Source: Octopus bimaculoides (taxonomy: Eukaryota). From it: 64,000 nt of DNA. Below, piece by piece: positions 1 to 12,299 of this stretch. The stretch lies in the NCBI RefSeq assembly GCF_001194135.2, contig NC_068991.1, positions 26,777,647 to 26,841,646 of the forward strand, read 5' to 3'. The translations under genes and the position numbers were made by a program. The notes below the pieces were generated by a model that made no database searches, had not been told where the DNA came from, and worked only from the letters and a program-made list of their open reading frames with translations. The first letter of the stretch is position 1. Every line of letters begins with the position of its first letter.

Positions 1-9
1 ATATATATA

Positions 10-1276
10 TCAGTTCATAGAGAATGTAATGTCCGATTTTGAACTGAAAGTTTACTTTGCTTTATCTCAGTGAAAAGCAAGGCAGTTAATCAAGTATGCA
101 CTTAAATTATCAACACAATTTTGACATTTTATCAGTAGTTTATTTATGCTGACAACGAAGAATTCTGGGGAACAAGAGGTGATAAAATCACGAAAGACTG
201 TTGTGGCATCTTCGTTAGATTTGAAGATTTTTCTTTGCAAAATGTTATCTAATGCTAGGAAGACGTGATAGTCAGTTGTCGCAAGGTGTGGTGAATATGA
301 TGGATGACAGAGTACTTTAAAGTTCAGTTCCTGTTACTTGAGTAGCATTCTTTGTTCAGTATGTAGTCGAGCATTGTCTTGCATTCTCTTGGCCTGTCTC
401 TAATGACCAATCTCGGTTGTTTAATTGCAAGTTCACTCATCATTTCATCCAATTGATTGATGTATACATGCGCTGTAATTGACTTACCAGGTCTCCTGAA
501 GCTGTAGAGGATGACACCAGCGATGGATCACCAAACAGATACAATTAGGCTCTTTTGGTGAATATTCTTTTTTGGATTGTGTTTCAGCACTTCGTCTCTG
601 TCCAATTACATTGTAGAACGCTTGCTATTGTTGAAAAGAATCCATTTCTCACCACGCGTAATACGATGAAAAAAATGGTTCGCTTTTATGCTGTGACAGC
701 AAAGAACCGCAAGTTTCAGGACGACGTGTCATTTGTTGTTCGTTCAATTTGTGTGGTACCCACTTCTCCAGCTTCTTTACCTTGCCGATTTGTTTCAGTT
801 GGAATCGAAACATCAAACCTTGCTGTCAACACACGCGTAGTTTGAAGTGTATCCGTTTCAACTAGAGTTTCCAGCTCATCATTACTCGCCTCGGTCTCAG
901 GTCTACCACGGGGCCGATTTTCAAGACTAAAGTCACTAGACCAGAAATTCTCAAATTATCGACGTACAATGCACTCATTGGCCATATCTTCACCAAACAC
1001 CTCATTGATGTTTTGAGCTGTGTGGGATGCATTGGTTCAACGTCGGAACTCATATTCATAAACAATACGAATTTTCTATCTCTTCATGGGTTCAAAAATA
1101 TTGATTTACAAGAGAAAACTCACAATTTAATCAGACACCATGAATTACATTTCGAAAAGTGACGATATAAATCATCAATATTGTAAAACAAAGGATTGTT
1201 AGGATAAAGCTTTAGGTTTAACGACTGTCAAACTTGATGCATAAGAAAATCGGACATTTCATTCTTAATGACCTAA
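10..1276 (-). mobile_element. mariner transposon (Hsmar1/cecropia-like), full length, decayed
   Basis: Imperfect 31-bp TIRs (10-40 TCAGTTCATAGAGAATGTAATGTCCGATTTT; 1246-1276), TA on both sides. Manual minus-strand translation (~1087 to ~85) gives RIVYEYEFRR..., KWVPHKL, QDNARLH and HPSYSPHLATTDYHVF, with stops and frameshifts. Confidence 0.92.
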
Positions 1277-1278
1277 TA

Positions 1279-2509
1279 TTGGGTTGTCCGGAAAGTTCGT
1301 GCCGATTTTTGAAGGAAAGAAAAAGGTCAATAAATAATTGCCATTGCATTTTTAATCAACCAAATATGAACCATTTTGTTGCACAATGTGTCTGCATCTT
1401 TCCTCTAACTTGAAAATACCCTCTTCCCAGAATTGAGGTGGTTTCATGGCAAGGAATTCATCAAGGTATCTTCTTACGTCATCAAGGAATTAAAATTTTT
1501 ATCATTAAGACTATTCTGCAGAGACCTGAATAAGTGGAAATCCGAAGGAGCAATATCTGGTGAATATGGAGGGTGGGGTAACACATCCCAGCCGAGCTGC
1601 AGCAATTTTTGTCTGGTTCTCAAAGAAACGTGTGGTCTNNNNNNNNNNNNNNNNNNNNNNNNNNNNTCGTCCAGTTGTGTGCTGTATTTCTCAGAATTAA
1701 TTGTCTGGTTACTTGGGAGAAACTCTTAGTACAGAATTCCTTTCCAATCCCACCAGACACAAAGCAAGACTTTTTTAGGGTGAAGACCCGCTTTTGGGGT
1801 GGCTAAGGGTGACTCATATCGCTTACTCTAGGATCGCTTTCTCTGAACATTTCGGTAGATAATCCAATTCTCATCACCTGTCATAATTTCCTTTTAAAAA
1901 GGCGCATTTTCATTCCGTTTGTAAAGCGAATCACAGATGGAAATGCGATCCAAAATGTTCTCACTCAACTTATGTGGTACCCAAACATCGTAGCGATTTG
2001 TGTACCCAAGCTTTACCAGGTGCTCATGAACGGCGGACTTTGATAGGTTGAGGCTTTCTGCGAATTCTCGGGTTGTGCAATATGGGTTATTCTCAGTAAA
2101 TGATTGATTTGGTCATCATCTGTAGTGGATGGTCTGCCTGATCACTCTTTATCAATAAGGCTACAATCTCCAGCTCGGAACCTTGCGAACCACTTCCAAA
2201 CAGTTCTTTCGGATAAAGAAATATCACCGTAAACTGTGCATATTTTTTTGGTTGCTTGTGAGGCATTTTTCCCTTTACGGGAAAAGAAAAGCACCAAGTG
2301 CCGAAAATGAACTTTCTTATCTTCCATTTTAAAGGGTTACAGAATTAACACAGGTTATAGGAACATAAACCTTCTTCCACGAAAAGATAGCTTAAACTGT
2401 GCTCTAAATAGAGGTGTAGTCAAATCCTATTTCAAGGTCGCAACCATGTTCTAAAGTAAGTCGAAAGGTAAGCTACTTATAAATCGGCACGAACTTTCCG
2501 GACAACCCA

Positions 2510-2510
<1 letters not shown>
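1279..2510 (-). mobile_element. mariner transposon (second family), full length, perfect TIRs, disrupted transposase
   Basis: Perfect 30-bp TIRs TTGGGTTGTCCGGAAAGTTCGTGCCGATTT (1279-1308 and 2481-2510), TA flanks. The ORF 2142-2327 MEDKKVHFRH... continues past a CGA>TGA stop to DVWVPHKLSE, MTGDENW and PHPPYSPDIAPSDFHLFRSLQ. Internal N gap at 1639-1666. Confidence 0.95.

Positions 2511-2570
<60 letters not shown>
2511..2570. repeat. (TA)n microsatellite
   Basis: Direct reading; lies between mariner 2 and the maT element. Confidence 0.95.
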
Positions 2571-2572
<2 letters not shown>

Positions 2573-3850
2573 CTATCACAGGAAGATTTACCTTTACTTA
2601 CAATAATAACGGTTCTGGTAATATTATTTCAATTTTAGCCAAATATTTGCATGTCTTTTGTTCATGTGTCTCTTGTTTCGTCCGTCAATCACAGGTGTGT
2701 AAACAAACATGGCGTGGTAAACAAAACGTGACCAGATTGTTGCTTTGAAAACACTTGGAGTGCGCAACAAGGACATAACAAAACAGTTGAATGTGTGCCG
2801 TGAAGCAGTATTCAATACCTAGAAACGATATATAGAGTCCGCTATTACTTCTAGCAAACCAATTCCAGACAGCAAACGGTCAATTCGTACCAAACAAACT
2901 GTTGAAGTTGTGTAGAAGTGAATGAAACAAAATCTCTGCAGCAGTGCAAGAAAAACGGCAAAAGCTCTTGATATTTCGAAATCGTCAACGCAAAGGATTT
3001 TAAAGAGGATTTAAAACAGACTCCATACAAAAAACAATACCTCCAGTTAATTTCAGTAGCTTCTAAGAAAGAACAGATCGACAGGGGAAAACTATGTTAG
3101 CCGAGATGAAGCATCCCGCTAACAATGCGCTGATTTGGCCCGACGAGAATATTTTCACTGTGGAGGAAGTTACCAACAGCAGAATGACAGCCTTTATGCA
3201 CGTAATGCATAAGACTTGCCCGAAAGGTAGCAGGAGTCATTTACGCCGTCAGAAGCCAGCTTCACCCATGGTGTGGGCTGCAATTGCATGTGGTGGGTCC
3301 AGCCCCCATTTGATCTTCATCGATGCTGGCATCAATGTCAACAGTGAAGTTTATGTAGAAATGTTGGATGAGAAACTGTTACCCTGGGTCACAGAAACAT
3401 TTGGTGACCGTTACATCTTCTCCCCGAAGACGGGGCTCCGGCCCACACATCCACTTTTACACAGAGATAGAGCAAAGATCATTTCAGCGGTTTTGGAGAC
3501 AAGACGATAAGGCCTCCCAAAGTCCAAACTACAATCCCACGGACTTAGCTGTCTGGTCCATCTTAGAGAGTAATGTTTCTGCTCGCACCTATTTAAATAC
3601 ATCAGATCTAAAGAAAGCCCTTCTGTCTTCATGGGTCACGTTGGATGAAGAGGTGGTACGGCGCTCATGCAACTCCTTGACCACTGGTTTGCAGACTATG
3701 ATCAAGGCAAAAGGTGATAATTTTGAAATGTTATTTCCACATTGTATTGACAATTTACATTACGTGTAAACGTGTGCCAAATTTCAGTATTGGTGAAACA
3801 AATCGTTCCCACTACTTATTTTTTACAGGAACGTAAACTAACCCACCCTG
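2571..3850 (+). mobile_element. Tc1/mariner maT-type (DD37D-like) transposon, decayed
   Basis: Transposase from ATG 2709: IWPDENIF, KPASPMVWAAI, DGAPAH, SPNYNPTDLAVWSILE, about 37 residues between D2 and D3 after correcting a 1-nt deletion. The right end reads CAGGGTG on the minus strand (3844-3850); the left TIR is degenerate. Confidence 0.85.
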
Positions 3851-3934
3851 TTGTCAAACGGGACTGATGAAGAAACTCAAGCGCAAAGAAACAAATACAC
3901 ACGCACTTGCCAACACATTCATCCACACAAATCA

Positions 3935-4027
3935 CACACATATATGTTTCCCGGTATCAAATTCACTAACAAACTATGGTCGGCGCAAGGACTTAGTAGA
4001 AAATACTTGCCCAAGGTTCCACGCAAT
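3935..4027 (-). mobile_element. tRNA-derived SINE fragment (family A)
   Basis: Similar to the middle of the copy at 38996-39410 (...AGAAAATACTTGCCCAAGGTTCCACGCA). Confidence 0.7.
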
Positions 4028-5529
4028 ACATATATGCATAAATACATTTGTGCGTGAATGTGTGTATGTGTACACATATGTAAACCAATAAATGTATGCG
4101 CATATATATATATATGTGTGTGTCTGCATGTGTGTATACACATATGTTTGTATACATATATATGTATATATGTATATATATATATACGCATAACTACATG
4201 CACAAAGAGTGGAAGAGGAGGAAGAAGAATGATCGTGGCTTGTTTTCTCTACCCACACTATATATTCTACGTGTTTTTGCGAAGAATTTAATTTGATATT
4301 GTTGAAGTATTTTATTTCTAGCAATAGTATTTAAAATATTCGAATAACATGATACACGAGTTTTGCATTTGTTTGTTGACATGCAATGCTTCATTTATTT
4401 AATAGAAAACGTTGTATCTTAACAATTGCTAATGCGACGTAAGAGAAGAAAACATGAAACTTTTGAGGAAGTCCCTCTAAGTCACGAATAAATTCCAGGT
4501 GTCTTATGTTGTCAAAGACAATAGAATAATTCCCTGCATAGCTGCACACCATACAGTTTTGCTTTTATCTAAATGAACTATTGGTGCTGCATTCTAGCTA
4601 ATTTCTGACACGCATATGCTAGTGATTGCATTTATATTGAAACTACGAACGGAGTGAAACAGGATGTTCATGCTGAGTACAAGCTATTAATACACGCTCG
4701 CCTCCAACTGAACTATATTCTAAATAAATTGTGATCATCATGTAAAGCATGATAATCGCGATCTATTCACATTTACCTTACTAAAATGCAGCCTACTAAA
4801 ACACACTAAGTAAATAATGTAATCCACGATGGCATATATCTGTATATAGGTTTGCAATTTCTTCTACAGAATGCTGCATGAAGCCGTTTTATTTAGGACT
4901 CACACAAGCCACACATTTATGTTGTGTGAAGGAAAACTTACTGGTTACACTTAAGAGGGAAACATAGGTTTTCAAGACTACATAGAAATTTTATGTATGA
5001 TTACTTTTCAACTCTTTGCAAAATATAATATTTTTCTTGCTGCAAGCAATTATATCAGAAATTGCATGAAGTGCAAATACACTTTCCCAGAAAAGTGTGG
5101 TGTGAAACTTGTAGCCTTACATAATTCACGAAACACACAATTCGTACCAAAAATATTGTCGATAGAAGACGTTATTGATAAAAAAAATTAATTAATTGAA
5201 CAAGCTTATCAATTCAAAGTATGATAATTGTGTGCTGATTTCATTTCGTCAGTAATAATTACACTGCAGGTCCGATTTACAATTTATCCATTTTCACTTG
5301 TTTTACTATGGTTACTAAAAGTTTAGAAATTCGTTGGGTTCAAAAGATTTTACTTGTTACAGATAGTCTCAGTAGTAAAATAAGCAGATTGTGTTTTCAT
5401 GCGAAATCTCATCTTACTGTCAAAGTATAATGGAACATTGATTGAATTTACTGGAATATCATTTAACTACAAGCAAGTGAAAACAAGTGGATGCATGTGT
5501 ACAAGTATCACTAAGCATGTCTGCGGTGG

Positions 5530-5700
5530 CCACCGTCTAACTGCGGCACGTTTGTTATTTTCACCCTCCTAGTGTGTTCTTTTTATAGGAGAGCGAATGC
5601 GCGAAACGTGGAAGGCATTTCCTTCAACTTTTACTGTGCGTATACCTAATACATTCTGTTGTATTTCTTAATCTCATCTTCGTGTTTATTTTTAACTTTT
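5530..5700 (+). mobile_element. PLE pseudo-LTR relic with a highly degenerate HHR
   Basis: Aligns by eye to 24500-24700 (minus): GAGC-GAAT-GCGC-GAAACGT at 5591-5609, followed by GCGT..CTAATAC..CTTCGT. Confidence 0.55.
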
Positions 5701-5783
5701 GCACATATATATATCAAAATGTAAATACATTTTGGCATTTTTCCCCTCCGTCTTCCTTTTATTTTGAATGCTCCTCTGTCTCC

Positions 5784-5820
5784 TATTTCTGAAGAAGAGC
5801 TTTGCCCGAAACATAAAACA
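5784..5820 (+). ncRNA. minimal type-I hammerhead ribozyme-like motif
   Basis: TATTT-CTGAAGA-A-GAGC-TTT-GCCC-GAAAC-AT-A-AAACA. The CUGANGA and GAAA cores are intact; there is one stem II mismatch and one stem III mismatch (ACGT>ACAT). Confidence 0.65.
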
Positions 5821-6303
5821 CCCTTTCTTTCCTTCCCTGAGCGTCTTATTGATACATTACATGTTCCACGTCCTCTCGTTGTACTTTTTTCTTGTTGTCT
5901 CCTTTTTATCCGTTTTTATTAATTATGTATGTGCGTGTGTGTGTGTGTGTGTGTGTGTAGAACACACACACACACACATATATACAATGGCGGACTGGGG
6001 AGACCCACCTGCAACTACAATGCTATCATTTAATTTTTATACCACTAAAAAAATAGTAAATATTTTCAAACGAATAGGTTTGTGATTTAAGGGCAATTTG
6101 GCTGTTGTTTCTAGCAATTCCATGACCATCTCTTTTGTCATTGTCACATGTATTGATGTTTTTCAATAACTTTCTTCCTATAAGCACATTTTATGGAATG
6201 GTGATACGGAAGTAACACATACGTGGTATAATGATGTGATCTAAGCAACAAAAAACATTTGAAATTTAAATCCTACCAAGCGAGGCCGTGCGTGCTTGTG
6301 TGT

Positions 6304-6351
<48 letters not shown>

Positions 6352-7038
6352 GTGTGTGTGTGTGTGTGTGNNNNNNNNNNNNNNNNNNNNNNNNNNNNNN
6401 NNNNNNNNNNNNNNNNNNNNNNNNNNNNNNNNNNNNNNNNNNNNNNNNNNNNNNNNNNNNNNNNNNNNNNNNNNNNNNNNNNNNNNNNNNNNNNNNNNNN
6501 NNNNNNNNNNNNNNNNNNNNNNNNNNNNNNNNNNNNNNNNNNNNNNNNNNNNNNNNNNNNNNNNNNNNNNNNNNNNNNNNNNNNNNNNNNNNNNNNNNNN
6601 NNNNNNNNNNNNNNNNNNNNNNNNNNNNNNNNNNNNNNNNNNNNNNNNNNNNNNNNNNNNNNNNNNNNNNNNNNNNNNNNNNNNNNNNNNNNNNNNNNNN
6701 NNNNNNNNNNNNNNNNNNNNNNNNNNNNNNNNNNNNNNNNNNNNNNNNNNNNNNNNNNNNNNNNNNNNNNNNNNNNNNNNNNNNNNNNNNNNNNNNNNNN
6801 NNNNNNNNNNNNNNNNNNNNNNNNNNNNNNNNNNNNNNNNNNNNNNNNNNNNNNNNNNNNNNNNNNNNNNNNNNNNNNNNNNNNTATATATATATATATA
6901 TATATTGATGCGACCACCGAAAAACAAATTAATGTTATATCCCTATCCCCCGAGCTGGGTTTGAAACCGTATTCTGGTTGTTGAGAATAATGGTATTTCC
7001 TTTGTCTTGTCAACAACCACAGCTATTTTTAGCGTAGG

Positions 7039-7816
7039 TGTGATCGGTGACCCTTTCCGGTCACCGAAAGTTCAGAAAAACAAGTGAGGAATTGTACTGA
7101 ACTGACCCAGCTTTGGGGGGGGAGTAATGTAGCACTGTAAAGCTATGGTATTTGTGATAAATACGGGATCGGAGAGTTGGTATCAGTCGAGTTGGCCAAA
7201 GGAGTTGGCGAGAGCAGTTGGCATCAAGCGGTTGGTGGACGGCAGTTGGATGAAGAACGCGAGCCGGTGTGAAGGCTAGCAGCCAACCAAGATGAACAGA
7301 GAGTCTGACAGACAGAGGCTGAGAAAGTACCAGTCAACCGATAGGGACTGAAGCAATGAGAGAGAGGGACGCAGAGAGATGGAACTGTGTGGCAGCCAAG
7401 AGATTGTAGTAGTCAGTTGGTCACTACTTGTGGATTATAGTAGGAGTTTTCAAAAGAAAGGAAATTCGTGCGGTGAAGGTTTGTTTAAATATTCTTTACA
7501 ATGTACTTCGTCGTTACATGTTTAAAGAGAAGAAAAGAACTTCGTTAACTTTCGTTAACTGATGTTAACGGGTGGAAAAGAAAAAGAAAAGAAAGAACTT
7601 TGTGACATGTTGTTAATGGAAAAGAAAAACAACGAAGTGAAAGAACTTTTAATTCGACTTGATATATGAACTCTTGATTGTAAACTTGTGATTATGTAAT
7701 GTTCTGAAACCTTTGTTAAATGCTATTGAATTATTGTTACGCAATGCTATTTATGTACTGATGATGTAATGTTTTGTTTGCTAAAAAGAAAAAAAGTTAG
7801 TTCCACTACCCAACGC
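7039..7816 (+). mobile_element. possible LTR (solo or gap-truncated)
   Basis: Starts TGTG; GC-richer segment with an 8-bp hairpin and six RGTTGG motifs, followed by a T-rich U5-like tail that runs into a gap. No second copy in the window. Confidence 0.3.
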
Positions 7817-8058
7817 NNNNNNNNNNNNNNNNNNNNNNNNNNNNNNNNNNNNNNNNNNNNNNNNNNNNNNNNNNNNNNNNNNNNNNNNNNNNNNNNNNNN
7901 NNNNNNNNNNNNNNNNNNNNNNNNNNNNNNNNNNNNNNNNNNNNNNNNNNNNNNNNNNNNNNNNNNNNNNNNNNNNNNNNNNNNNNNNNNNNNNNNNNNN
8001 NNNNNNNNNNNNNNNNNNNNNNNNNNNNNNNNNNNNNNNNNNNNNNTATATATATATT

Positions 8059-8220
8059 CGACGGGCTTCATTCAATTTCCCTCTACCAAATCCACTCAAG
8101 GCTTTGGTCTGCCCGAAGCTATAGTAGAAGACACTTGCCCAAGGTGCCACGCAGTGGGACTGAACCCAGAACCATGTGGTTGGTAAGCGAGCTATTTACC
8201 ACACAGCCACTCCTGCGCTT
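8059..8220 (-). mobile_element. tRNA-derived SINE (family A) 5' half
   Basis: Minus strand reads GCGCAGGAGTGGCTGTGTGGTAAATAG...GGTTCTGGGTTCAGTCCC (A and B boxes). Confidence 0.9.
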
Positions 8221-8709
8221 ATGGAGAGAAACATATTAAAAAACATCAGTACATGTGACAGTGACAAAGGTAGTCGTAGCATGTGCAAGAAACAACAGCT
8301 GAATCTCCTTTAAATAACCCACGTTTTTTTGTAAAATTGTTTTTAGAAATTATTTTATCTTTAACGAAAAGGCTTCTCCCATTGTCTTTAAGTGCTTACT
8401 ACAAAAACAATTGGCCAAAATTGATCTGAATGGGCGTAAGGAGGGGAAGGGAGGGGGAGAGAAAAATTAGGCCATGGTGAAAATGAAATTGGAAAAATCA
8501 CCATCAAAACGGAAAAAATCCAACAAATGGGTGTTCTGATCCGAAACTCTGCCAGTATTGAAATTAGTCATTACTTATTTTACCCCAATTTAGACATCTT
8601 TTGAGAATAGCAAATTATCGAATTAGATATTAGTGTAGGAAAAAATTAACATGAAATCCAACAGAGAAAAGAATATTAATTGTGAAACATCAAAAATTAT
8701 CCAGAATGC

Positions 8710-9515
8710 CGGGCAGAGGGGTCACACAGGAGAGCTAGGAAGAAGGGGAGGTAATAAAGTAGTGGTGATCCGAAAACCAAGGTGCGCGTGCGTGTATGTG
8801 TGAGAGCGTGTATGTGCGTGTGGAAGGAGGCTGGTGACACTGACGTGTGCGTGTGTGCATGTGTAGGTGTATGGATGATAGTATGGGTGCTGGGAAGTGT
8901 GAGATGGTGGGGTTGAAATGTGTTAGGAGGGGGTAACGAGGGAGGGAGTGACGATGAAGGGAGAGAGTGGAGGGGAGAAGGTGGAGGGGAGAAGGTAGAG
9001 GGGAGAAGGTGGGTAGGAGTGAAGAGAGGAAGTAGGCGCCAGAATAAGAGAGGAGAGGTGAGTGGGAGGAAGTAGATGAGAGAGGAAGAGAGGAGAGAGG
9101 AGGAGGGTTAGATGAAGAGTGGAGGAGAGTTGAGCCCATGTGGCGCAAAGGAGTGAAGAAAGATTAATCCCTGCTCACGGCGAAGACGGGAGTCCGGATG
9201 GCCCCTTTGCAAGGACAATCCGAACACAGACATGTGTTGTAACGAGTGACCGTTAGAGCGGAAATGGCGCGAGACCGGGGTATCATTGCCGATACGGATG
9301 TCTCGAAGGTGTTCTGCGAACCAGTCAGCTAAGCGGCGTCCAGTTTGACCGATGTATAGAGAAGGACATAGAGAGCAGGAGATGCAGTAGATGACGTTGC
9401 TAGGAGTGCAGGTGAAGGAGTCAGTGATATGGTAGGGTCTATGTTGGGTGCCTGTGAGGAGGGTGTTGTTGGAGAGATAAGGGCAAGTGTGGCAGTGTGG
9501 GCGGGAGCACACACA
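8710..9515 (-). mobile_element. Penelope-like element 3' portion (Neptune-like): GIY-YIG endonuclease plus 3' UTR
   Basis: ORF 9108-9530 contains Cx4Cx2C (CSRPHCHTC), FTCTPSNVIYCISCSLCPSLYIGQTGRRLADWFAEH, SRHF..NGH and PHGLN. The downstream pyrimidine-rich UTR is homologous to 24700-24900. Confidence 0.88.
9108..9515 (-). CDS. GIY-YIG endonuclease domain of a PLE (5'-truncated, frame open)
   Basis: VIY...YIG motif and Cys/His zinc-finger-like residues; the ORF-track start MCKCECV is translated CA repeat, not a real start. Confidence 0.8.
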   Translation of the reverse strand, partial: CVCSRPHCHTCPYLSNNTLLTGTQHRPYHITDSFTCTPSNVIYCISCSLCPSLYIGQTGRRLADWFAEHLRDIRIGNDTPVSRHFRSNGHSLQHMSVFGLSLQRGHPDSRLRREQGLIFLHSFAPHGLNSPPLFI

Positions 9516-9766
9516 CTCACACTTACACACTTAGACACACATGTGCATGCTTTATTTATGCGAAAAGTTTATTCATTTACTTCTTGAAAATATAACTCTT
9601 TTCCTTTTGTCTCTTTCTAATTAGTACAATATAAATTAGTCTGTCTAGTTGCTCACATCATAAGCTAACTTAAATTTTATTCAAATTTTTATAAATAAGA
9701 CAATCCTGTTTATTTTAGAACAAATATATTATAGACTAAACTAGATCCACACCAAGTAACCCAAAT

Positions 9767-9958
9767 CGGCGAGCTTGCAGAATTCTCTGCTAGTCGAAAA
9801 TGTTCCTTGCAGTTTTGCCTCTGATTCATCACATCCGAAATTCAAACACCGCCAGCCTCGCATTTCTTAATTTTCAGGGTCGGTAGAATTGGAGTCGATG
9901 GTATCGATTGACTTCTTCTTCTCAAAATTGCTGGGCTTGTGCCAAATCAGAAATAGTT
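9767..9958 (+). mobile_element. tRNA-derived SINE (family B), decayed
   Basis: CGGCGAGCTTGCAGAA...AAATTCAAACACCGCC...GGGTCGGTAGAAT...GTGCCAAA, homologous to 61395-61609. Confidence 0.7.
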
Positions 9959-11577
9959 TTCGATTTGCAACATTAGTAAATGTTTAGATAAAATAAGCTT
10001 GAGATATTTCTTTATGTTTCCTTATTTCTGAGATGAAATTACATTGTAATCAATACTACATTTTATCAATCTGAGATCAATAAGTAATAATCAAAACATA
10101 TGGCATTGTGCCTGTCTTAGCAAGCAATATTATTAACAACTTGAAGATAGTGGAGTGATAAACCTGGTGAAGTGAAGATATACACGAGTAATACTATTTA
10201 ACATCACCAGTGTTACAGTGTATTTTGGTTTCCATCTCTTCTAGATAGATAAAATAATAAAAACCGGAATGTAATGGATACAGTTCAATTAAATTCATAA
10301 CTCCATTACATATTTCTAGTTTCATGCCAATATAACAAATGCATAATTTCAACCTTTTTGCCACAATCGTCTTAATGACACCAAAGCTAACATCCTTCAG
10401 TCATATTCTCTTCCTACTCAATTTGTGCTGATATCACGTGTTTGTTATAAAGTTGAAATTACTGTGCTCATTTATGCTTGTTGCCTTGTTAATTATCGCA
10501 ATAGAAATTCTGTTTTTCCTTTTCGTGTCTTTGATGTATGCAAACACACGAAAAAGGTGTAACTTATTTACACCTTTCAAGCAATATCAACAACTCACGA
10601 TATTATTGCTTTTACTGAACACATACTTGAGATTCAACTACATGACAAAGAATTACAATTATCTCCCTTACATATGATTTGCAGCCAAGCATATTCGGCA
10701 TTTCTTCACGTTTAATATCTTCCCCTCTTCAAGGTTAAGTTGAACAGCTCCAATTACATGAAGGATTGTCTTCATGCACTTTCCTCCTCAGCATTTGTCT
10801 CTGCCAGTGGAATGGTTTTAGGATTAATGCTAATAGACAATTAGGTGCACATGCATATCACCACGCGAGCATACATGGAAATGAAAAATCTTGAGGAAAA
10901 TATTGTCAGTTGTTTTCGCCTGCGGATTGGAAGGTCTCCGAAAGGACTAATCCGAAAGAGAAGACGTTTCTCCTTCCTCGCAAAAATAAAAGGAAAAGAG
11001 GTCTTTGAGATCCTTTCATACGTTTTGCTTTGTTTTTATTTACGCATTGTATTAGGTAAACAATAAATATTCTGAATGGTCGTTCTACGAGATATTATAA
11101 CGGTTAATATATGTACATGAAGAAACTAGGATAACAACACCAGAGATGGAGGTGATGTACAGTATGCTTCGTCAAGAAGGCTTTATTTATTACTAGAATA
11201 TAAAATAGCTTCTATCATAGTTGACCAAAGTAAACTTAGTGTAAGAAATGTATTTAAACAGTTGTAGAAGCTACTTCACACAAGGCGTTTTTAATTACTT
11301 CCAAAACTTGTTGGAGAAAAAATTCATGGACTGTGTTTAAATTTGATTTTCTGGTCCGGACAGTTTTAAACGAGTGGTGTCTGCAAACGCATTCGAGTAA
11401 CGTTGGTGGTATAAAACCCGATAACATTTATGTTCTAATTAAATAAGCGAGTCTCCCATGATGCTTAATTCGTTCTCCTGACAGGACGTTTTATCTATTA
11501 CAATACAAAATACTTCAATGTTTTCCTCACATCTCTGTCACTGCCTCTCTTCCTCTCTCTGTACATACACACATATA

Positions 11578-11615
<38 letters not shown>

Positions 11616-11680
11616 CTTACTCACACACACACACTCGTATAATTGTATACGCTCGACAGTTGAATCATTTAAGTTTTGGC

Positions 11681-11741
<61 letters not shown>

Positions 11742-12299
11742 TGTATGTATGTATGTATGTACGTATGTATGTATGCATGTATATATGTAATGTGATATAA
11801 TAGATCTACTTTTAACAGTTTCACCAGGTACATATATACATAGTGAAAGTATTAATAGGGAAACTATTAAAACTGAAACTATTACCTCACATTACAATAG
11901 AGATTTTATTGTTTCACTTTTGATACGTAATACCGAAACATTCTAACAGATTGCTCCGGGCTCGCATTAGGCAGGAATTTGAAAGATTTTTTTGACCCAT
12001 GACACTGCATGGACCCCAAGCAAGGTATGTGTAAAATTTGAATGATATTGTTTGGGTGGTTCTGGAGTTTTAGTGATGCAAGTTTACAGATACACAGACA
12101 GACAAAGACACACATTCCCAGTTATATAGATTACTGTTAATTTTCACATTTCCCTACCACCCAAATTGTAACGAAAATTACACCGTTAAAAACATGAGAC
12201 GCAATCAAATTTACATGCTTATTTGTATATTTGAATTATATCACATGACATTATATTACATGTACAATCACGATTTTAATTCAATATTTATCACAACAG

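Noticed and set aside
3851-4324. ORFs rich in YI, CV, HT and LS dipeptides here and throughout the window
   Set aside because: Translations of (TA)n, (CA)n and (CT)n repeats.
5270-5430. Frame GPIYNLSIFT...KSLEIRW resembling a fibronectin type III start
   Set aside because: Motif spacing is too long, there is no good donor, and the frame stops without the remaining FN3 residues.
6241-7016. Long ORFs spanning N gaps (also at 7.8, 12.4, 24.2, 27.4, 28.4, 44.2 and 54.1 kb)
   Set aside because: They are open only because N codons translate as X; the flanks are TA/CA microsatellites.
6940-7030. tRNA-like B box on the minus strand (GGTTTCAAACCCAGCTCGGGGGA)
   Set aside because: No matching 5' acceptor strand or convincing A box; at best a decayed SINE head.
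8360-8710. Possible Helitron-like non-autonomous element
   Set aside because: No clear termini; the apparent GC-rich end belongs to the adjacent PLE UTR.
10930-10970. HHR-like GGA-CTAA-TCC-GAAA
   Set aside because: The core (CTCCGA) and stems I and III are not supportable.
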